Source: a virus
Taxonomy: Duplodnaviria > Caudoviricetes
Strand: one strand, 5' to 3'
Length of the DNA stretch: 64,000 bases
Virus record (IMG/VR): IMGVR_UViG_3300007513_000003
A program made the translations under genes and the position numbers. Position 1 is the first letter of the stretch. Every line of letters starts with the position of its first letter. Below are positions 58,535 through 64,000 of the stretch, one piece after another. The notes below the pieces were generated by a model. That model had not been told where the DNA came from. It saw only the letters and a program-made list of their open reading frames with translations, and did not search any database.

Positions 58535-59717
58535 TGCCTCCTTCCCTGTGTATGTCTAACGTTAAGCAATGCAATCCACCATCCCAAAAGAATCTATGCC
58601 TAAACGGAGTTACTATAGGCTCTACATTATGCTTTCTAAACCATTTAAATAATTCTTTATTTTCGGTTAGGCACAGTACAGTTTCAGGATTTACCATCAA
58701 TACATTAACGTCCCAAATTGTTTCTTCACAAAATCCTACCCACTCGCTAAACCATTTATCTACGTAGTCAATAAGTTCGTCGTTGTGTTCTTCGCCTGGA
58801 ATCCACCATTTTCCTTGTACTTTTTCTCTAACTTCTAAGAATGGTGACATATTAGACCATTGGGCGTCTGGCAAGTAGAATACGTCCCAATTTGGAAAAT
58901 ACTTTTTAAACTGTAGTGCTTCGCCATTTGATATAAATGCGCCGGGTTTTATTGGTGCGTATATACCATCCGAATGCCCGTCGTTAAAAGCAGTTATAAT
59001 ATTATAGTTGTCTTTAAAATGATTTTTAAAGTATTTGTAAACATGCGGCCGCAATCCATCTAATATTATTGTATCCCCAAGCCGCACAATATTTGGTCCC
59101 TCATTCAAATAATCGTCTTTCCACGGGAATTCAATAATATTTGCGCCTTGTTCTTTTAATTCTTTGAATAATGGTTCATAAAATATAGCAAGGGCCCGGC
59201 TGGCACCTCCCTGTGGATATAATGGATTAATAGTATTTATACAAGCCGGGTTTACTTCTGGCATGCTGTACGGTCTTAACTTATAAAAAGTTTCTCCTAC
59301 TATGATTTGATCGTCCCGTGGAAATAATGGCGGTCGGGTGAGTGCGCCTGGATCTGCATATATATCGTAGTTTGCTAAAAAACTTTCGACACCTTTCCTA
59401 TCAATTAATCTTGGAAAATAATTTAATACTTCATCAATAATAATGTTTAAGTTTTCATCAACACAAGCTCCACCAACTTTGTATATATTATATACTTGAT
59501 CAAAATCAAAAAGTTTCGGGCGTTTAACAGTTACGCCATAACTTTCTAATACTTCTTTAATGTTCTCTAAATCTTCTATGGTTTCTTCAGTAATTTGTTG
59601 CAGAATATTTTTTACTTTAATATTATCAACGTAGTCAAAGAACTCCGGACGATAGCAATCGCCTAACCAACATTCTTTTAGTGGTTGGAATCCTGTGTTA
59701 CAATTGATTACACCCAT
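58515..59717 (-). CDS. amidinotransferase (AGAT/StrB1, pentein superfamily)
   Basis: FQPLKEC.LG, PRD, EGP, HSDG, C-terminal DGGLHC.TLD..R catalytic Cys motif. Confidence 0.85.
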   Translation of the reverse strand: MGVINCNTGFQPLKECWLGDCYRPEFFDYVDNIKVKNILQQITEETIEDLENIKEVLESYGVTVKRPKLFDFDQVYNIYKVGGACVDENLNIIIDEVLNYFPRLIDRKGVESFLANYDIYADPGALTRPPLFPRDDQIIVGETFYKLRPYSMPEVNPACINTINPLYPQGGASRALAIFYEPLFKELKEQGANIIEFPWKDDYLNEGPNIVRLGDTIILDGLRPHVYKYFKNHFKDNYNIITAFNDGHSDGIYAPIKPGAFISNGEALQFKKYFPNWDVFYLPDAQWSNMSPFLEVREKVQGKWWIPGEEHNDELIDYVDKWFSEWVGFCEETIWDVNVLMVNPETVLCLTENKELFKWFRKHNVEPIVTPFRHRFFWDGGLHCLTLDIHREGGIESYAR

Positions 59718-60184
59718 CCATTAAACCCTGCTTCGGGGTTATGATAGGTTGAACTGTTCTTGTCATTTTCTCTTGCTTCTACACTAATAACCCATGCTCT
59801 GCCACCTGTTCTTTCGCGTAACCATCCATCAGCATAATTACAGATACGCATAGCAGTGCCTTCCATACCTGGCCCTTCTTCTTGTACAATTAATTTACAT
59901 ACACCCGCATCGTGTAGCATTTGGAATGTTTCCATATATGGGTCATCGTGATCAATAACAAACGTATGGTCATAATTCTCTTCTAACCATCTCTTTAGTT
60001 CTTTCAAGTCACTATAATCAACAAGAAATCCTTCTTTTGTCATAGTGTGTGCGCCAAACGTAAAATGAAAACTACGGCTATAGCCGTGTATCATAGCGCA
60101 GTTTCCGTCATGCTTGTGTTGTCTATGAGCACACGGAAAGTTATAAAATGTTTTTGTAGATGTAAATTCAGGTACTCCGCTCAT
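59708..60184 (-). CDS. queD: 6-carboxytetrahydropterin synthase
   Basis: AHRQ..H.G.C..IHGY, VDY..LK, DH, E......V.V.E..KNS. Confidence 0.9.
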   Translation of the reverse strand: MSGVPEFTSTKTFYNFPCAHRQHKHDGNCAMIHGYSRSFHFTFGAHTMTKEGFLVDYSDLKELKRWLEENYDHTFVIDHDDPYMETFQMLHDAGVCKLIVQEEGPGMEGTAMRICNYADGWLRERTGGRAWVISVEARENDKNSSTYHNPEAGFNGWV

Positions 60185-60292
60185 TTATTTTTCTCCTTGC
60201 CATAAAAGATTATAGCCTAATACAATGGTGTGCATAATGACTAGATTGCGTACTAGCGTCTTATCAACACCTTCTAAATATTTTGATAACAT
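60185..60292 (-). pseudogene. probable remnant of a VUT/YhhQ-like deazaguanine-precursor transporter gene
   Basis: Strong GAGGAGG RBS, 35 aa MLSKYLEGVDKTLVRNLVIMHTIV..., resembling the LxxxHxxV first helix of YhhQ; stop abuts the queD ATG. Confidence 0.4.
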
Positions 60293-60326
60293 TCATTTCC
60301 TCCTCAGTTGATCTTTAATGTTTTTA

Positions 60327-60869
60327 TTACCAATTTTTATCACTCCACCAGTTTTCCCACGGAAAAACAATCCACGAGGGATCTTCAATTTTATTAATCA
60401 CTAATGAGGTGTAAGAGATTTCTGTAAATCTACTCTCCTCATTATTAACTAGCGAAGCAAAACGAACATTAGAGCCTACAACTTTGTCCCAAGACTTAAC
60501 ACCCGGTATCGGCGCATTCATCCAATCATTTACAATCCAATCAAATGTAGCACCAGAATCATTTATATCATCAACAACAAGTATATTTTTAGGTTCGATT
60601 ACTTCTTCATGACTAAAACTAGTTTTAGTTATGCCTGACGCGTCTGCCGCCATTTCTAAACTAGATTGTAGATTGTGTCCATCTCGTAATCTAACATCTA
60701 ATGTATGTAACGGTGTTTCTAAATAATGACTCAACATTGTAGCAGGAATTAGTCCTCCCCTTGTAATACCTACAATGTATTCAGGCCGCCAATTACCAGC
60801 ATAAATCTGTTGAGTAATATCTAAAACTTGCGACTTAATGTCTTGTGTATTTAGATAGATCATTTTCAT
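60327..60869 (-). CDS. type I phosphoribosyltransferase (Gpt/Hpt-like)
   Basis: VGITRGGLIPA..LSH, LVVDDINDSGAT PRPP motif, WIVFPWE. Confidence 0.88.
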   Translation of the reverse strand: MKMIYLNTQDIKSQVLDITQQIYAGNWRPEYIVGITRGGLIPATMLSHYLETPLHTLDVRLRDGHNLQSSLEMAADASGITKTSFSHEEVIEPKNILVVDDINDSGATFDWIVNDWMNAPIPGVKSWDKVVGSNVRFASLVNNEESRFTEISYTSLVINKIEDPSWIVFPWENWWSDKNW

Positions 60870-60886
60870 ATATTTAAGTCTCCTTG

Positions 60887-61573
60887 CTATCGCGGAGCAA
60901 ATTCTTGCTGAAGTTTGATATTGTCAAAGAACTCTTTTTTAGTAGAAGCATCTTCTTTAAATGATCCTTTAAGCACTGTTGTTTGTGTTAGACTAGAGTG
61001 TGCCATGACACCCCTATTTTCTACGCAACCATGCGTTGCTTGTACGTAAACACCTACATTACTAGAACCTGTTGCTTTAATAATTTCATGTGCTATGTCG
61101 TTGGCAAGTTCTTCTTGTAGTGTTCCCCGTCTGGCACACCATTGTGCTATACGTGTATATTTGGATAATCCTATAAGTGTGTCTGCCGCGATAATGCCAA
61201 TATATGCAACTCCGGTTACTGGTTGAAAATGATGGGAGCAAACGCTACGTATTTCACTTCTTACAACAAGCATGCCTTCGTAACCATCCTCTACATGATT
61301 AGGAAATGCGGTTGCATTGGGCATGTTATCAAAACGGCCGCTCATAAGTTCTCTTATATACATTTTTGCTAAACGACGCGGCGTGTCAATAGAGTTAGGA
61401 TCACTATGCCTATCAATAAGCAGAGTGTCCAATACTCCTTCAAACTTTTCCGTTAGTTCATCAATGAGCAGATCTTTTTCTTCTTCTTCGATAAATTCTG
61501 ATATATTGTCTCCTGCCCAAAAACGTCCACCGTGTTCTAGCATTCTGTTTCTAATTGTTTTACTAATGCTCAT
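60887..61573 (-). CDS. folE: GTP cyclohydrolase I
   Basis: DTPRRLAK, SVCSHHF, GLSKY.R, LQE, HGCVENRG; GGAG RBS before ATG 61573. Confidence 0.95.
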   Translation of the reverse strand: MSISKTIRNRMLEHGGRFWAGDNISEFIEEEEKDLLIDELTEKFEGVLDTLLIDRHSDPNSIDTPRRLAKMYIRELMSGRFDNMPNATAFPNHVEDGYEGMLVVRSEIRSVCSHHFQPVTGVAYIGIIAADTLIGLSKYTRIAQWCARRGTLQEELANDIAHEIIKATGSSNVGVYVQATHGCVENRGVMAHSSLTQTTVLKGSFKEDASTKKEFFDNIKLQQEFAPR

Positions 61574-61594
61574 ATATTTCTCCAAGTACTATAT

Positions 61595-61623
61595 ATTATA
61601 AAGATTATTTAGGCAAATGTCAA
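61595..61623 (-). promoter_or_regulatory. consensus sigma70 promoter for folE-PRTase-queD-amidinotransferase-queE
   Basis: TTGACA, 17 bp, TATAAT. Confidence 0.8.
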
Positions 61624-61630
61624 TTATTTG

Positions 61631-62830
61631 TTAAAATTTAGACTCCGCAACATGGTCTCTATATCTATTTCCATCACGGCGCCACTGTTCTCCGTTGCCC
61701 TCCATAATATCACATATGCGATCAATAGTACCATTCGTCCAATCGGATATTCTTCCCATGTTAAAACTTGGCATTCTTAGAGCAGTATCAATTTTTTCAA
61801 TAGCAGAGTGCATACTCCAAGGAATATACAAACGATCTGCATCATTAGCAAAAGTTTCAGGGAAACTGCGATATGCAGGATATACTACATTACACCCTAG
61901 TGTATCCGCTTCACTTACAGTATTGCTTACCCAATCTTGTAGCGCACAATTGAATAATACCTTACTGTCGTTAACGATATTATAATAATCATTCTTATTT
62001 AGGTCAGTATAAATTTTTAGAACTCCTTCTGCTTGTAATTTCAATGCACGATCTAAATATTTTTGATTGTTACTGCGTAAAGGCCCGCCGCTTAGAACAG
62101 CGAACTCAACATCAGTTATACTATCTACATATTGATTTTGGTGCTTTAGATGGCCAGTTACTGTTTCAACAATATCCATAAAGAAGTCAGGTTGTTTTTC
62201 TTGATCAAATCTTGCCGCAAATACAACACGATTAGATCTTTCACTCCACTTCTTTACCTTATTTCCTACTCTTTCAAGAACTTCACTTTTGCCAAAACTC
62301 AATCCTGATATGTTGTATATAGGAGCAGTCCAGTTAGCAATACGCATATGGGCAACCATTTCTTCATTAGTAGCCAATACTGTAGCAAACTCATTAACCA
62401 TTTGCTCATACAAACTCATCCACTTGGACATACCCCATACATGGACAAAGTCATCAGGATCTACCGCCTGGGCAAGACAACGGACATAAACTTTGGGGCG
62501 TTGATTTTCGGGAATCTGGTTCATAATATACGGAAGTGATTCTATACCAGGTTGAAACATATCCTCAAAGAAGATAGCATCCTCCCCTGTCACAGTTCCA
62601 TCACGCATCATTTGGACTAGGTTCATCATTTGGCTCATACCAAAATAACTGCGTCCATGTGCGTCTAACACTTGTCCTACAGATATTGCTTTAGTATTGT
62701 CAATAGTCTCACCGGGCACAACTATATAGTCTATGCCTCTGCGTTTAAATACACGCTCACTCCATTCTTGTAATTGTAATGTATATCTTCCTTCATAAGG
62801 CTCAAGTCCCATGTATATTAATTTACGCAT
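61631..62830 (-). CDS. GT-B fold glycosyltransferase
   Basis: FAARFDQEKQPDFF and DWVSNTVSEA (D/E-x7-E) donor-binding motif, YPAYRSFPE. Confidence 0.75.
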   Translation of the reverse strand: MRKLIYMGLEPYEGRYTLQLQEWSERVFKRRGIDYIVVPGETIDNTKAISVGQVLDAHGRSYFGMSQMMNLVQMMRDGTVTGEDAIFFEDMFQPGIESLPYIMNQIPENQRPKVYVRCLAQAVDPDDFVHVWGMSKWMSLYEQMVNEFATVLATNEEMVAHMRIANWTAPIYNISGLSFGKSEVLERVGNKVKKWSERSNRVVFAARFDQEKQPDFFMDIVETVTGHLKHQNQYVDSITDVEFAVLSGGPLRSNNQKYLDRALKLQAEGVLKIYTDLNKNDYYNIVNDSKVLFNCALQDWVSNTVSEADTLGCNVVYPAYRSFPETFANDADRLYIPWSMHSAIEKIDTALRMPSFNMGRISDWTNGTIDRICDIMEGNGEQWRRDGNRYRDHVAESKF

Positions 62831-62919
62831 TGTGTTTTCCTTTAGTAATTAAGTAGATGGGCGTTACTGTAAGAACCATGCTATTAGCACAGTAAACATC
62901 GCCGTTGTTGGTATTACCT

Positions 62920-63068
62920 CTAAACAGTAACTCCATCTATGTTCGTTGTCTTAAGACCAGTTACATACCATTCAGGTGCAGGTCTTGCTTTGTTCCAGGC
63001 GGCAAATCTAGATTTTTCGCCCAAATAAAAATTTCTATTTGCATCTCTGCAAGTATAAACCTATTCAT
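62920..63068 (-). pseudogene. out-of-frame remnant resembling a pyrimidine-dimer glycosylase-like family gene
   Basis: MNRFIL start in one frame; NRNFYLGEKSRFAAWNKARPAPEWY in another. Confidence 0.35.
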
Positions 63069-63478
63069 TGATAAAGCCTTTCTATATCAACCTCATCACA
63101 AAATTCTCCATATTGTATTTCTACAATATGCAATGGTGTATAAGAAGGGTTCATGATTTGATGCCATTCTCCGGCTGGCACGTGGTAAGATTCATGCTTA
63201 TTTAATATAATAGTTCTAGCATCACGTTCTATAAAATTATGCCGATTGCTAAGATCTCCTTTGCTACAAGATTCAGTATAGTTTGGTGCTAATATAAGTC
63301 TTGCAACACCAGATTCTACAATCCAAAACTCATTTCTATGTTCATGACGTTGGAAACTCATACAGGAGTTAGGATTTACGACTAGCTCCTTAACCTTCAT
63401 ACTTTTGAAGTTAGCAAGAACATCATAAACTCCCCAATCTCGTTGGATATCAAATTTATTGTTGTCTTTGTTCTGCAT
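63065..63478 (-). CDS. cupin, mannose-6-phosphate isomerase type II C-terminal-like
   Basis: RDWG.Y.VL...VKELVV.P...SFQRH.HR.E.W.V..G ... EIQYG....E.DIER; ATG 63478 preferred. Confidence 0.8.
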   Translation of the reverse strand: MQNKDNNKFDIQRDWGVYDVLANFKSMKVKELVVNPNSCMSFQRHEHRNEFWIVESGVARLILAPNYTESCSKGDLSNRHNFIERDARTIILNKHESYHVPAGEWHQIMNPSYTPLHIVEIQYGEFCDEVDIERLYQ

Positions 63479-63677
63479 TGCTTTTTTTATAAGGTTTTCT
63501 AAAATGTGGATACCCTGGCCAATATCTTGCCTTGCCAGTCTCCTTCCAGCGTAAAAAGTCGCTATATGGACTCTTTTCCTTATATAAATGTGCCTCATCA
63601 AAGACTCGTCCAAATTCTCGACAGAAGTCACGATATGCATCCAAATCATCAAAGATTTGTTTCACTGCTTTTTTCAT
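63456..63677 (-). CDS. hypothetical protein
   Basis: 73 aa; IFDDLDAYRDFCREFG..FDEAHLY. Confidence 0.6.
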   Translation of the reverse strand: MKKAVKQIFDDLDAYRDFCREFGRVFDEAHLYKEKSPYSDFLRWKETGKARYWPGYPHFRKPYKKSNAEQRQQ

Positions 63678-63698
63678 AACAGTACCTTGTTATTGTTG

Positions 63699-63998
63699 TT
63701 AGTTAATGTTTTTATAAGCGATTACAGGATAGACGCAATGGCATCCATTCTCGTCATCTTCGCTTACGTCTATTTGGACTTCTCTGCCTTTATAGCGTTC
63801 GTTGATTGCTAGGTAGAGATCGTCTGCTATCATTTCACAGGACTTGTAGTCTAATTGTAAAGTGCCTGTGGAATAAAGATTTTCCAACCAACGTTTAAAT
63901 TGAATAAATTCAATATCTCTGTCGTCGTGGAATACTTGTATAGTAACCTTAAAGTGGAATGTGTGGCGATGTGGATATCCGAGAAAGGATACATCATA
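63699..63998 (-). CDS. second T-fold (QueD/PTPS-like) protein, 5' truncated
   Basis: Frame open to the window edge: HRHTFHFKV...DRDIEFIQFKR...SCEMIA....V.V.EDDENG. Confidence 0.6.
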   Translation of the reverse strand, partial: YDVSFLGYPHRHTFHFKVTIQVFHDDRDIEFIQFKRWLENLYSTGTLQLDYKSCEMIADDLYLAINERYKGREVQIDVSEDDENGCHCVYPVIAYKNIN

Positions 63999-64000
63999 CT

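Noticed and set aside
57325-61573. folE/queD/queE as simple auxiliary genes for host folate or tRNA queuosine
   Set aside because: Not excluded, but no folate genes or tgt are present, and phage que clusters are generally tied to DNA modification.
1-64000. Stop-codon reassignment, as seen in some jumbo phages
   Set aside because: Conserved enzymes are full length under the standard code, and TAG and TGA both end genes at expected positions.
1-64000. tRNA genes, CRISPR array, introns or inteins
   Set aside because: GGTTCGA-like strings occur only inside CDSs; there is no repeat-spacer pattern; thyX, folE and rnh are uninterrupted. This was checked by eye only.

Overview
This 64-kb window looks like part of a large, AT-rich, T4-like or jumbo tailed-phage genome. 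It uses the standard genetic code, and I saw no tRNA, rRNA, CRISPR array, intron or transposase. The + strand block (1-34363) starts with virion genes: a >1600-aa baseplate/tail protein, a tail-fibre protein with a chaperone-like C-terminus, and a Ser/Thr-rich structural protein, with TATAAATA late promoters. These run straight into a ~26-kb tailoring-enzyme cluster containing nine radical-SAM/SPASM-twitch paralogues, glycosyltransferase-like proteins, SGNH acyl enzymes, a carbamoyltransferase, a sulfotransferase-like protein, a 2OG-Fe(II) oxygenase, a HugZ-like protein and a 1224-aa repeat protein. The - strand block (34323-64000) holds a thyX / PIG-L / DegT / epimerase operon, a DNA methyltransferase, an FG-GAP autotransporter-like protein, a MoxR-vWA pair, a ParB-like + HNH cassette, many small early genes behind sigma70-type promoters (three with an IHF-consensus box at identical spacing) and RNase H. 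It ends with a 7-deazaguanine cluster (queE, queD, folE, second T-fold protein) interleaved with an amidinotransferase, a phosphoribosyltransferase, a GT-B glycosyltransferase and a cupin. The two strongest candidates for undescribed systems are the radical-SAM/glycan-tailoring locus and the expanded deazaguanine locus. All family calls come from motif recognition by eye; no database search was run.
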